Of a stretch of 58,320 bases of DNA, positions 1 to 10,731 are shown piece after piece (the stretch's first letter is position 1; each line of letters opens with the position of its first letter). Origin of the DNA: a virus (lineage: Duplodnaviria > Caudoviricetes); the IMG/VR virus record IMGVR_UViG_3300032134_000003, positions 1 through 58,320 of that record. One strand, 5' to 3'. Made by a program: the position numbers and the translations under genes. The notes below the pieces were generated by a model. That model worked only from the letters and a program-made list of their open reading frames with translations. It had not been told where the DNA came from and did not search any database.

Positions 1-127
1 AACCTCCACCAAATACGGATCTCTCAAACTCGTCTGCGGTACGCGCAGATAGGTCCAAGGGATTCGCAAATGGAGCGTATGATTGGCTAGATGAGGAGTC
101 ACCGACAGAGAGAAACCTGAGACGACT
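1..127. repeat. Terminal direct repeat, copy 1 (circular assembly overlap)
   Basis: Identical to 58194-58320; 127 bp is a common assembler k-mer overlap. Confidence 0.95.
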
Positions 128-2018
128 TCTGGATGATCGGAATAGAGAAATTGCCAGCGGAGAACTAACTGAAGATTTTCAGGACGAGTCGCTTCGAGAA
201 TTTATTGAGGACCTGAATCGACGCGAGCGCAGTCCGGGCTATGTTGCGCCTAGACAAGGTTACGCTGACCTACCCGAGATGGCTTCTGGGGGCTTTGCCG
301 GGATGGGATACAAAGACGGTGGGGACATCCCCTTGTCAGATGATGACACCCTGAACTGGCTGGAAAGGCGAGGGAAAAGAAGAGAACTAGAAAGGGCACT
401 AGAGGCCAAGGGAGAAACAGCGAGTGCGGCCATGCCGGAAGTCAGCCTACAAGATCTTGCGCTAATCGCTCCGACCCTAAACGAGGGGCTGAGACAGGGG
501 CGACCGTCGCTGGGCTCTAAATTGGTGGAAATGAACTGGGCAGGTATGCAGGACCCCACATCCCCAAACAGGCAGATATTGGAATCAAGGGACACCACCG
601 CCATCAACAGGCAACTGTTGGCACTCAAGGATGAGATTACTGGGGGCGACGAGATAGATCTTAGTATCTTGGATCAAGCGATTCCAGAGCATCAGGCGTT
701 GGCACCCCTTGTAGATACTTCCATGATAGATCGTGATATATCAATTCCTGACTATTTAGATGAACCAGAATGGAAGCGTACAGGACGAGCAGCAGATCGT
801 CGTGTGGAGGATGTGCTGGAAAACCTTAATTGGTCAAACGATCCAGAATGGAAGCGTACAGGACGAGCGGCAGATAGGCGTGTGGAGGATATACTGGGCA
901 AGATAGGCCAGGCTCCCTCTGTGCCTGATATGCAGGCGTTCGGCACCGGCTTCTTGCCAATAACTACGCCTGACCTACAGCAGAATAGTTCTAGCAGAAT
1001 GCCTGATGGACCTGGGGTTACTGAAACAAGTTCAAGTACGTCCGATTTTTTTTCCGAGGAGTTAAGTGGGGCTGGAGGAGATTGGAGTATAACAGATCAG
1101 CAGATACTTCAGGATCCGCAAACCGGACAGTATCAGGTAGAGATTACCTTCAGGATGCCTGATGGATCTGAGGTTACTGAAACAGGTTCAAGCACGAGCC
1201 TACGCCTTGCGCGTAGCATGGCCCGAAGCAAAGGATTCGCTGCCGCCGCCCGTTATAAGCGCGATCACCGTGATCAGCCTGACGCTTATGCATACGGTGG
1301 TATGGTTGGCCCAGCAGGGGACACCACCGCCATCAACAGGCGGCTATTGGCACTCAAGGATGAGATCGGCGGGGGTGAGGAGATAGACGAAGATGCGGAT
1401 GGCGCGATGAAGCGCAGGCCGAGAACCATTGAGGAACTAGAGGCTTTGTCGATGAAGAGAATATTCGACTTGGCTACAGCTAAGGAAGAAGAGCTTCGCC
1501 TACAAAACCCCGCAGAAAGAGCGCAGGAGGAGTACTGGGATACACGGCTTAGGCGGGAACAGGATAACCGCTTTAATATTTTGGCTGCGGATGTTGCTGA
1601 AACAATCGGTAGCAGGACAGGGACAGGCGATATTGCCCGAGGATTGGCTGGCGCTGCTCGTAATCAGGTAGAACAAGGGCGACTAATCACGGACCTTGAG
1701 GGACTTCCATTCGCAGAGGATGTTCGAAGATCCAGGGAGAGTACATATCGCGACCAGCTTGCGGCTCTTGGTGCGGCAGCCGATACGCTTGGATCCCGTG
1801 GGGAACTGGAAGCAACCCTCCAGCAACGAAGGGATGAAGTCGCAGATACTATCGCTGCCCAGTTAGCTAAAGATTATAGGATAACGAGTGATGACTATGC
1901 TATGACTATGCAGGTAATCGACAGGGCTCTGATGGAAGGGCCGACACCCCAGAGAACGAAAGAGCTAGAAGAGTGGAAAGCACTTTACGAAGATAAATGG
2001 CTTAACCAGGGATTCTAA
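1..2018 (+). CDS. 3' part of the same ~1012-aa internal virion/ejection protein
   Basis: Frame from base 3 is open into ORF 279..2018; lies between other ejection-type genes; internal duplications. Confidence 0.8.
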   Translation, partial: PPPNTDLSNSSAVRADRSKGFANGAYDWLDEESPTERNLRRLLDDRNREIASGELTEDFQDESLREFIEDLNRRERSPGYVAPRQGYADLPEMASGGFAGMGYKDGGDIPLSDDDTLNWLERRGKRRELERALEAKGETASAAMPEVSLQDLALIAPTLNEGLRQGRPSLGSKLVEMNWAGMQDPTSPNRQILESRDTTAINRQLLALKDEITGGDEIDLSILDQAIPEHQALAPLVDTSMIDRDISIPDYLDEPEWKRTGRAADRRVEDVLENLNWSNDPEWKRTGRAADRRVEDILGKIGQAPSVPDMQAFGTGFLPITTPDLQQNSSSRMPDGPGVTETSSSTSDFFSEELSGAGGDWSITDQQILQDPQTGQYQVEITFRMPDGSEVTETGSSTSLRLARSMARSKGFAAAARYKRDHRDQPDAYAYGGMVGPAGDTTAINRRLLALKDEIGGGEEIDEDADGAMKRRPRTIEELEALSMKRIFDLATAKEEELRLQNPAERAQEEYWDTRLRREQDNRFNILAADVAETIGSRTGTGDIARGLAGAARNQVEQGRLITDLEGLPFAEDVRRSRESTYRDQLAALGAAADTLGSRGELEATLQQRRDEVADTIAAQLAKDYRITSDDYAMTMQVIDRALMEGPTPQRTKELEEWKALYEDKWLNQGF

Positions 2019-2067
2019 CCCGCCGGAAGAGATAAAAATTATTTCTTAGACGACAAAAAGAACTTAA

Positions 2068-5000
2068 ATGCCCAGACGAATACAGCTACCTAATGGCAGA
2101 TGGGTCACCGTTCCCGACATGGATCCATATGTGCAGCAGATTATGGATCGTCGTCGCGGCCTTGAAGAGGAAGAAGAGGACGAAGGCACCTTAGCCGGAT
2201 CTGCATGGGAAGGCATTAAGTCCATACCGAGCGGTGTGGCAGATATATTTTACTCCGGCCTCCAAGCCTCTATCGGCGTAGCCACGCCATTTGCAGACCT
2301 GCCTGTAGAGAGGCGGTTGCGCGAGCAGGCTTCAAAAAGAGCGCGTGAGAGAGACCCCGCCTATCAGGATGCCTTCCTTCCCGCAGTTGGTACGGGTGTT
2401 GGTCAGGTCGCAGGGCTCAGTGCCATTAGCCGACTTCCATATGGATGGCACGCCGCTGTGGGCGCTGGTGTAGCTATGGGCATTAGTGATCAGACACGCC
2501 GCATAGCAGACTACGAGCAAAAAACTGGTACAGATGTGCCTTGGTACAATGAAAGCGCAGCACATCTGGCGGGTGCCCTCATCGGATTGTCAGAAGTGGT
2601 TCCCATCAAGTTCGGGATGTTTCCGGCTTCTGTGTCAAAAATGATGACCAGAATGAAGGGTGGCGTCACCCCTAATGCGGGTGGCCGTATGTCGCTACTG
2701 GAAAAGAAGTATGGACTTGGTGCCGCTGCGAGCATGGCCATGCAAGAGGCCACGCAAGAAGCATCTGCCCAATGGCTCCAGTCTGTTACTGCCCGTGGCC
2801 TGTATGATCCTGACGCTATGCAAGACTTAGCTCACTCCATGGCGGAGGATTTCAAGGTTGGTGGCGCTGTCGGAGGGCTGGTGAAATTGGTTCAGCATCA
2901 AATGCTTAATCCCAGGCTTAGGACGGCTGACCGGGATTTGGCGGCAGAAGGATCATTAAGAAGCAGCAGGGGACGAAATTATGCACTAGCAAGGGAACTC
3001 GACGACAACATTACCGGAATAACTAGAGAGTTGCCGGAGCTATTAACAAACGTTGGCGTAAATCCAATACTTGCTCGTGACATCAGTGAACAGTTCGGGG
3101 GCATAACGGCTGCTATACCCCGTGGCATGGACACAATACTAAAATCTGGCAGCATCACGCAATCAGACGTTCGGCAATTGGTGGTAGAACTCCAAACCAG
3201 AACTGACCGCGCCAAGAGCGAGCTAGACAGGTTGATCCAACATCGTCCGGCCTCAAGACAGGAATATGAAAAAGCAAAGGCCGCCTTAGATGTAATGACT
3301 GCCGATAGAATTAAAAACTTGAGCAGAACTACAACCGAATTGCGCGGTGGGCTTGGCGATATGGGCGGCCTTACTGGGAATGAACAGTATCAAGAGGCTA
3401 GACAGGCGGACCTAGAGTCCGATACTGGTGCCACAAGAGAAACTGTGATGGGCGTCTACGAGACGAGGAGGCAGGCAAGGCTGAATCCAGACGATCCCAA
3501 GACAAAGGGCGTATGGGCCTCGTTTAAGTCAGCGATACGATCTCTAATGGGTGGCTCATTTGGGATAGGTGGGTTCTATCAGATGGCCGAAGACCTGGGG
3601 GTTCGCAGGGGGCCAGGCTCAGAGAAAATAAATTTAGGTGTCGATCCGAATCTAGCATTGTCGGACATGGGGCTCGCTTCTTCCGATAGGAGCAGCTTCG
3701 ACGCCGCAGAACTTGGGGGTGTAATATTTGGTGGCCGTGGCGACCATAGCTCATCTACCCCTCAACGAAAAGTTGATAACAGTGATGTCATGGACAACCT
3801 TGTGTTTCCAGACATTATGCTGGAGGCAACGAGGGGTCCCACGGGCGTACAGTTGGTGGGGGTCAGGGCACAACTGAAGGCGTTGGAAGAGAGGAAAGCA
3901 AAGTTAGAGAAGCAGATTGACAACCTTTACGAAAAACATCCGTTCACCCGTGAGATGGATGAGATAGCAGAGGAAAGAAAGCACGCCGATGACGAAAGTT
4001 GGGTGCAGTACAGAGACTTGAGTCAGGAATTCCTCCTTAAGCAGACTCAAATGGTTAAGGCAAATATATCACAACTAAATCGCGAAAGAAACGATATTTA
4101 CTTGCGCCTACTTAACCAGAGGCTTCAACAAGCTCAAGATTATTTTGCGATTAAGGGTAACCTTGGATACAAGCAGTCAGCCGCCAAGCGAGTCCTTGGT
4201 AAGGCAGATGTAAGGGCTTTTGATACATGGCTTAATGGAACTATCGCTTCTGTGAACCAGAGCCAGATCAATGGCCAGAATATGGCCCAGCTTGCCGCAG
4301 ATCAGCGTGCAAAATTTGAAGCAGGGTTGGCCGCAGAGACAGACATCTCAAAGGACGCCAAGGCTGCGCTAACGGTCAAGTTTCTTTCTCAAAATGCACA
4401 GGAGTTTGGCACTCAACCCCGTGATATCTCCGCACGGCAATTTATGCAAGTTGCCAATCTTTTCGGTGCCGACTCTAAGGTTGTGAAGGCCCGTGCCCAG
4501 GGCGCATTCGCCCTGAAGGCGCTAAGTGACATCGCTAGGTGGCAGGTAGATGACAGACTGTATGATGTGACCGTGGACGGGCTGCCAGACATAAACGAAA
4601 GTGCGCCTGTAGTAAAACAATTTTTAAGCAAGCTGGAGGGGCTAGTTACCGACAAGAAAACTGGAAAGGTTTCCTTGGAAGAGGGCAAGCCAGGGTATAT
4701 TTCTGATGGGGACATTGTAGAGCTTCTTAGGTCTAAAAATATTTACCTCAGGGACGAAACAAGGATCGGTGAATCGTTAGCAAAAAAGACGAAGACCGGG
4801 GTAAAGAGCAAGCCGTTTGAGAAGTTGCTTCTTGATATGACCGGGGCATTAAGCTGGGAAAAAGCGACATACTCTCAAAGGCTGCTGATGTACTCGCGCT
4901 TGTTGCAGCTTCCCGCACATTACACTGCTCGGGGCAACCCCGAAGAACAACGCTTCCTAGAGGGGAAGGGGGAGCTAGACTACAGACCTCTTTTCCTGCC

Positions 5001-8000
5001 TGACTTTTATAACGACCCAAGCATTGATAGTCATACAGACTTTATGATCGACGAGGTTGCGAATATAACAGATCAGGGGCACCACAAATGGCCATCCCGA
5101 GCAATCGGTACACTGAAGAACAGAACCCAAACGGCGTTGGGTAAAGAGTTTGACAGTGAGTCGTTTTATGAGGCATTGGCGCGGCTAATAGAAACTGGGG
5201 TTTTCAACCCCACGGACTCAGCCGCCCCTGACGTTATCATATCTCCAGACTCATGGCTTTATGCCGCTCCGACAGACGAAAGCCAGCTTGAATTAGGACA
5301 AGACGCCGGAGGCCTGGGAGACCCCATAGCAGAGGTGCCGACAAGAGCTGCCCAGAAAAAGGAGTACGAGAGCAGGGAAGGCGAAAGGCAAGCAAGTGCG
5401 GTCAGCAATTCCAGGGTGCGCCTTAATGTGGAATACAAGGCGCTGGAGGATCCATGGGCTCCGACAAGCGAGGGTATGACGCAGCCTGGGGACACGAGGG
5501 CGCAAGACGAAGCATTCTGGGTCAGGGAATCAAAGCCACAACTTGTCAATAGACTCTTGACGGACCCCGATGCGATGTGGGCTGGTCAAGTTGACGAACT
5601 ATGGGCGAGATATAATGAAAAAAATACAGGCAAGCCGATAAGCAGGGAGGACTTTGTAAAACGGTTTACTGCGCTCATCACATCTACTTCTATGTTACAA
5701 GAACTTAGTGACATGGAGGTCCTAGATACCGTCCGGGGCGTGGTGGCACGCGGCAAGACAGCACCTACCGAGGACCTGCTTGAGCTAGGAACTGCCGAGG
5801 GTCGGAGTCTGGTCCAAAGCCTGATAAAGGCTGGCGCACTCCCTTCTTCTTTGCAGGATGACATCCATGCCAGGAGAAGGCGGTACGTCGATACGATGAC
5901 GAAGCGATTTGAAATATTGGATGCAAAGGTTGAAGAGGTTTTCAAATCAACACGGCTCCCAGACAACATACAGCGTCAATATGTAGATGATCTCGACGGG
6001 TTATACCAATTTCACCGCGATGTGGCAATTGGCGGTAAGCGGATGGAGGGCGTTCGTGCCCTGTACGACGCTCCCGGCAACAGGATCATCATCAACCTTG
6101 CCTTGGTTGATCCCAACGACATGGCCAGCGCACAAGAGGTTGTAAAAGATGCAGCCTTCCACGAAGGGCTACACGCGCTAATAATGCGAGATCATTTGTT
6201 GGACGAAGAATTAAAAACACTACGCAACTTCGTCAGAAACCAACAAAACATAGTGCCAAAGGAGGTGGACCCGGACGCGCATGATGCGAAAGTAACGTGG
6301 TTTGAACGCGCCATTGCACAGCACAAGGATAGCCAGCTAACCGAAGGAGATATTGAAAATGAAGCTATTATCTCCTTGCTACAAAACATGGTACGCAACC
6401 CCGATGCGTATGTAGCGGGCAAGAAAACCCGCAAGATCGGTGACGATCTCAGGGGGTTCCTTGAGAAGTTTGTGGGTGCAGCCAAGGATGCTGACATCGT
6501 TGACGTTATGAGAATACTTGGACGAATAGAGCGTGGCGAAGTTGGTGAGCGTGGGTCTGGGTTTGGATTCATAGATGGCGAAGAATACACAGACGATTCT
6601 ATAATTAGATCCAATATGCTGCTCCGTTATGCAAACCCAGCAGACATAAAAGAACTAAGAAAAGCTATTGTTCTGCGCGATGCTGCACCGTCTGATGGGA
6701 TGAGGCAAAGCGAACAGGCAAAGGTAGATGCCATTGCTGACAGGATCACCAATAGGCGTGAAATTATTCAGGGATCGGCAGGGCCGCCCCCCAGTGCGGT
6801 GACGAGCGTAGAGGATGAGCGCATCTTGCACGAGCACATTAATGCCACAGCTAGGGGGTCCCAGCCATTGCTGGCCCTAAGGTATGGCAAAAAGGACCCC
6901 GAGGCGTACAAGCTAGCCCTAAATACGTTCATAGAAACGCGCAACAAGGATCCCGAATACGCCTACAGGATGCCCGCTGAATACCAAACGCTCTTTGATA
7001 ACAAAGGGGATCTTGATCAGCCGGGAGATGATACCAGAAAAAGGTGGATAGACGCGGGGTGGGTTACGCCAATAGACGCGGACGCTACAAGAAAAAGTGT
7101 TAAGAAGTTATCGGATCTTGATAACAAAACTGGAGATACCGTTGAAGAGACAGAGAGCAACTTCGATAAAACTGTTGAAAACTTACGCTATCTATACTTG
7201 GATCGTCGCCAGTGGGTCGTGAAGCAGACCGACAGACTCCTAGCTGCACAGAACAGGGCAGAGTTAGATGCCGAGACATCTGCCTTGGTTATGTGGCGCA
7301 ATTCTGACAATGCACTTAACTGGCTACCGGGGCTGATGCTTAGGGGGCCATTGTCCTATTTGGGCACATCAGTTGGATCCGGGAGATTTGAAAATGCACC
7401 CGTTTATGACAATGATCTAGCGGAAAAATTCGGAGGCGATGGCCGGATCGGAGGGCTCAATGAAATATTTGCCCCGATTATAGATTCCAAGGACCAAGAG
7501 CTTGCAACCATCTACGGTGCGGCCAAGAGGATACTATGGACGAAGAAGCGCCGTGACGCACTCAGGTCTGCGACTGGGCAGTACGGCCCACTTGGAGATC
7601 GTACTTACGACAGGAGTGATCTCGACCCCTCAACAAGACTCAAGCTGGAAAAATTTGAGGCCGCATATGTGGCCATCAATGAGAACGACAGAATCAGCGA
7701 AGATGAATTAAATCAAACCATCAGAGATGTAGAGGAAGGCAACCCACATATCGTAGAGTTCTGGGATCGTTATAACGCATACGACAATCACATGATTAAG
7801 ATGTCGTACAACACTGGCATGATCACCAGGGAGGTTCGTGACGAGTGGATGGCTATGCCATATGCGCCGTTCTATCGTGACGTAGCTACGGAAGAAGATT
7901 TTCCGGTAGGCTCACGGCAAGAGATAGCCAAGCGTGGAAAGAATCTGGTAGAGAAGGCCCTGAAGGGTAGTACGGGACCGATAAAAACATCCTTGGCGGA

Positions 8001-9948
8001 TGGGATTATCCAGAACACGCAGGCATTGGTTCGCGATGCCATGATGAACGCGGCAGTGTCACGAACAGTTAGGGACGCCGTGTCCCTGGGTGAAGCAAGA
8101 AAAATAAAGATCAGTGCCCTGGAGGGCGTTCTTGATAACCGTGTTGTGCGAGTCATGGAAGAGGGCGTCCCGGTTTTTTATGAACTTGATGATGTCCGAC
8201 TTGCTATGTCCACAATGCTACTGGGATACAATCCCAAAAAGCAGTTGCAAGAATTATTTGGAGAACACAAGGCTGGCGAACTCACGCAGAAACTCCTTAC
8301 GGGCTCTTCGGAGTTGTTAAGAGAAGCTGTCACAAGGACCCCACCCTTTGCTTTAAAGAATGTTTTCAGGGATTCTTGGAATGCCATGAGCCTTACTGGC
8401 GGGGGACCAAAGCTTGTTCTTCAGGCGTTTAAGAATGCTTTCGATGTAGACATATTGCGTAGAGCGGACGAGGCCGGACTATCAATAGGGGTCGATTTTG
8501 TTGCGGAGCCTGGCAGGTTCGGTGAGAAAATGAAGAAGGAACTTGATAAGGCCAATCTAGATTGGAAGAATCCGCGCTCCCCCTTCGCCGCACTTTGGAA
8601 TTTCACAGGGCGTATCGCCAAGCAGTCTGAAGTCTCGACTAGGCTTGCTGTATATGATCGCGTACTGGCCATGACGGGGAACAAGTCGCTTGCACAGTAT
8701 TACGCCATAGAAATTATGAACTATGGCCGCAGAGGTTCAAGCGCAACGCTCAGTACATGGATGTCTACTGTGCCGTTTATGAACGGCAGGATGCAGGGCC
8801 TTGATGTTACCTATAGGGGCCTTCGTGGCAAGAAGGGTTCCTCTGATATTCCAGGGATTGCTGGGTACGGGCTAACTGCCGATCAGTATGAAGATCTTCC
8901 CGCATGGCAGAAGAGTACAGGGTCGGTCCTGGGGCGTGGCCTTATTTTGACCGCCGCAACCGGAGCCCTCTACCTCTTGATGCGAGATGATGAGGAGTGG
9001 CAGGACCTGAGGGATGAGACCAAATCTGATAACTGGGTGCTTCCCCTGTCAGATCATGCGTGGCTAAAGATCCCCATACCATTTGAAATCGGCGTTATTT
9101 TCAAGGTCATTCCGGAGAAGATACTTGAAGCGATTTTTGAAAAAGACGTAGGCGCGGTCGATGTGGGGGAGGAAGCTTATCGACAATTACGCACCTCACT
9201 AAGCATAGGGGGACCACAACTGTTTGCCCCAGTAGTTAATGCGATGCGTAATTACGATACGTTCAGAAAGGATGACATAGTTGATCATTGGATGGAAGAA
9301 ACCCTGTCCCCCAACGAGCAACGTAATTCGTATACAAGCAATGTCGCTCGGGGTATGGCAGACCTAGCCAACAGTATACCATTGGTTAAAAACCTAGACT
9401 TTCTAACATCTCCCATGAAGGTCGAATACATGATGCGTCAGTACGGCGGCACGATGGGGGGTTATGTGATAACGGTCGCGGACAGGATAGCCCGTACTGG
9501 GCCGCTCGCGGATGAAAGCGTGGTCGGCACCAACAAAGATTTTGACTTTAGGTCCATGGTCGGTGGCGAAGGTGTCGCCAATGTCCCCATCCTTGGCGAC
9601 CTATTAACTGACCCCAGAGGGCGCGGGGGCAGGCAGCAAGAGTTCTATGAGGCCCTGGAGGAACTTGATCTCGTCGTCGCTACGCTAAGAAGTATTACCG
9701 AAAGGGATCACCAAAGGGGCTTTACTTACGCAGAGAAGCACGCAGGTCTGCTGGAGAATCAAAGTCAGTTGAGGTCTATTGGCAGACAGTTGAAAGAGTG
9801 GCGCGAAGACAGGGATTATCTGGCAGAGATACCTCGCTCATCAATGTCTGATGACAGGAAGCGAGAGAGTTACAAGAGGTTACTTGAAGATCGTCAATAT
9901 ATTTTAAGAGACATTGATGCCCTGATGGAATCTATAAACCGGAGATGA
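2068..9948 (+). CDS. Large polyvalent virion protein (zincin-like metallopeptidase + C-terminal LPD38-like domain)
   Basis: 2626 aa; ALYDAPGNRIIINL...FHEGLHAL (HExxH); C-terminal DEEWQDL...NWVLP...KIPIPFEIGVIFKVIPE resembles LPD38. Confidence 0.75.
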   Translation: MPRRIQLPNGRWVTVPDMDPYVQQIMDRRRGLEEEEEDEGTLAGSAWEGIKSIPSGVADIFYSGLQASIGVATPFADLPVERRLREQASKRARERDPAYQDAFLPAVGTGVGQVAGLSAISRLPYGWHAAVGAGVAMGISDQTRRIADYEQKTGTDVPWYNESAAHLAGALIGLSEVVPIKFGMFPASVSKMMTRMKGGVTPNAGGRMSLLEKKYGLGAAASMAMQEATQEASAQWLQSVTARGLYDPDAMQDLAHSMAEDFKVGGAVGGLVKLVQHQMLNPRLRTADRDLAAEGSLRSSRGRNYALARELDDNITGITRELPELLTNVGVNPILARDISEQFGGITAAIPRGMDTILKSGSITQSDVRQLVVELQTRTDRAKSELDRLIQHRPASRQEYEKAKAALDVMTADRIKNLSRTTTELRGGLGDMGGLTGNEQYQEARQADLESDTGATRETVMGVYETRRQARLNPDDPKTKGVWASFKSAIRSLMGGSFGIGGFYQMAEDLGVRRGPGSEKINLGVDPNLALSDMGLASSDRSSFDAAELGGVIFGGRGDHSSSTPQRKVDNSDVMDNLVFPDIMLEATRGPTGVQLVGVRAQLKALEERKAKLEKQIDNLYEKHPFTREMDEIAEERKHADDESWVQYRDLSQEFLLKQTQMVKANISQLNRERNDIYLRLLNQRLQQAQDYFAIKGNLGYKQSAAKRVLGKADVRAFDTWLNGTIASVNQSQINGQNMAQLAADQRAKFEAGLAAETDISKDAKAALTVKFLSQNAQEFGTQPRDISARQFMQVANLFGADSKVVKARAQGAFALKALSDIARWQVDDRLYDVTVDGLPDINESAPVVKQFLSKLEGLVTDKKTGKVSLEEGKPGYISDGDIVELLRSKNIYLRDETRIGESLAKKTKTGVKSKPFEKLLLDMTGALSWEKATYSQRLLMYSRLLQLPAHYTARGNPEEQRFLEGKGELDYRPLFLPDFYNDPSIDSHTDFMIDEVANITDQGHHKWPSRAIGTLKNRTQTALGKEFDSESFYEALARLIETGVFNPTDSAAPDVIISPDSWLYAAPTDESQLELGQDAGGLGDPIAEVPTRAAQKKEYESREGERQASAVSNSRVRLNVEYKALEDPWAPTSEGMTQPGDTRAQDEAFWVRESKPQLVNRLLTDPDAMWAGQVDELWARYNEKNTGKPISREDFVKRFTALITSTSMLQELSDMEVLDTVRGVVARGKTAPTEDLLELGTAEGRSLVQSLIKAGALPSSLQDDIHARRRRYVDTMTKRFEILDAKVEEVFKSTRLPDNIQRQYVDDLDGLYQFHRDVAIGGKRMEGVRALYDAPGNRIIINLALVDPNDMASAQEVVKDAAFHEGLHALIMRDHLLDEELKTLRNFVRNQQNIVPKEVDPDAHDAKVTWFERAIAQHKDSQLTEGDIENEAIISLLQNMVRNPDAYVAGKKTRKIGDDLRGFLEKFVGAAKDADIVDVMRILGRIERGEVGERGSGFGFIDGEEYTDDSIIRSNMLLRYANPADIKELRKAIVLRDAAPSDGMRQSEQAKVDAIADRITNRREIIQGSAGPPPSAVTSVEDERILHEHINATARGSQPLLALRYGKKDPEAYKLALNTFIETRNKDPEYAYRMPAEYQTLFDNKGDLDQPGDDTRKRWIDAGWVTPIDADATRKSVKKLSDLDNKTGDTVEETESNFDKTVENLRYLYLDRRQWVVKQTDRLLAAQNRAELDAETSALVMWRNSDNALNWLPGLMLRGPLSYLGTSVGSGRFENAPVYDNDLAEKFGGDGRIGGLNEIFAPIIDSKDQELATIYGAAKRILWTKKRRDALRSATGQYGPLGDRTYDRSDLDPSTRLKLEKFEAAYVAINENDRISEDELNQTIRDVEEGNPHIVEFWDRYNAYDNHMIKMSYNTGMITREVRDEWMAMPYAPFYRDVATEEDFPVGSRQEIAKRGKNLVEKALKGSTGPIKTSLADGIIQNTQALVRDAMMNAAVSRTVRDAVSLGEARKIKISALEGVLDNRVVRVMEEGVPVFYELDDVRLAMSTMLLGYNPKKQLQELFGEHKAGELTQKLLTGSSELLREAVTRTPPFALKNVFRDSWNAMSLTGGGPKLVLQAFKNAFDVDILRRADEAGLSIGVDFVAEPGRFGEKMKKELDKANLDWKNPRSPFAALWNFTGRIAKQSEVSTRLAVYDRVLAMTGNKSLAQYYAIEIMNYGRRGSSATLSTWMSTVPFMNGRMQGLDVTYRGLRGKKGSSDIPGIAGYGLTADQYEDLPAWQKSTGSVLGRGLILTAATGALYLLMRDDEEWQDLRDETKSDNWVLPLSDHAWLKIPIPFEIGVIFKVIPEKILEAIFEKDVGAVDVGEEAYRQLRTSLSIGGPQLFAPVVNAMRNYDTFRKDDIVDHWMEETLSPNEQRNSYTSNVARGMADLANSIPLVKNLDFLTSPMKVEYMMRQYGGTMGGYVITVADRIARTGPLADESVVGTNKDFDFRSMVGGEGVANVPILGDLLTDPRGRGGRQQEFYEALEELDLVVATLRSITERDHQRGFTYAEKHAGLLENQSQLRSIGRQLKEWREDRDYLAEIPRSSMSDDRKRESYKRLLEDRQYILRDIDALMESINRR

Positions 9949-10274
9949 TGTGCATGAATATTATCAGTGAAATACTTAAGGATGAGCGCGGTTCCTTTAG
10001 TGCTGCCAGAACATTCCTTTTCGGAGCGTTGGTTTTTACGGGCGTCATCATAGTGCTGGATTCGATGGTGCTGGCGGTGCCAGAGATTGCGTACACCCTC
10101 CTGGGTAGCCTTGGCGTGGGGCTGGTTGCATGGGCTGGCGGCCCACGGGTGGCTCAGTATCTAGCCCCTCAGGTGGGGGCAGTGGCGTCTGGGATTGCCA
10201 GGGCCGTGAGGGATCCTGAGCGTCCCAAGCTGTTGGACAATTCCCCGGACTTTAGAGAACATGACGAAAGATGA
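9945..10274 (+). CDS. Putative holin
   Basis: Small, two hydrophobic segments, overlaps the endolysin start. Confidence 0.6.
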   Translation: MMCMNIISEILKDERGSFSAARTFLFGALVFTGVIIVLDSMVLAVPEIAYTLLGSLGVGLVAWAGGPRVAQYLAPQVGAVASGIARAVRDPERPKLLDNSPDFREHDER

Positions 10275-10731
10275 TTGGCTAGAAGTCTGCGGCAAACACC
10301 TGTCGGATCACGGCACTACAAACTTCTCTGCCCTAGAGATATGTGATGTTGGGCGCAGGAGCGGCGGTGCTATACTGTCCGCCCCCCCAGCGGGGAGCTT
10401 GGTTCCAATGTGGGAGAATGCGTACAAGCTGATCGACGTTCTTGAGTGGCTGCGAATGGAGGGTGGCACAGCTAGTGTGCTCGTCAACAGTTGGTATCGG
10501 TCCCCGCTATATAATGCAGCGATAGGAGGCGTCCCTCATTCGATGCACCTGACCTTGGGTGCTGCGGATGTGGTGAAGGCGGGACGCACCCCGTCCGAAG
10601 TTGCGGATATACTTGAGGGCCACCCAGACGCCAAGCTTCTGGGCATAGGCCGTTACAGAACCTTTACCCATCTAGACGTAAGGGGCATGATTGGCCGTCG
10701 ATCACCTGCACGGTGGGGCAGTAATGTCTAA
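10261..10731 (+). CDS. Peptidase M15A-family endolysin
   Basis: SWYRSP..N..IGG...SMH...AAD and GIGRY..FTHLDVRG zinc peptidase motifs. Confidence 0.85.
   Translation: MTKDDWLEVCGKHLSDHGTTNFSALEICDVGRRSGGAILSAPPAGSLVPMWENAYKLIDVLEWLRMEGGTASVLVNSWYRSPLYNAAIGGVPHSMHLTLGAADVVKAGRTPSEVADILEGHPDAKLLGIGRYRTFTHLDVRGMIGRRSPARWGSNV

Noticed and set aside
1-127. Biological terminal repeat of the virion DNA
   Set aside because: Length equals a typical assembly k-mer and it falls mid-gene
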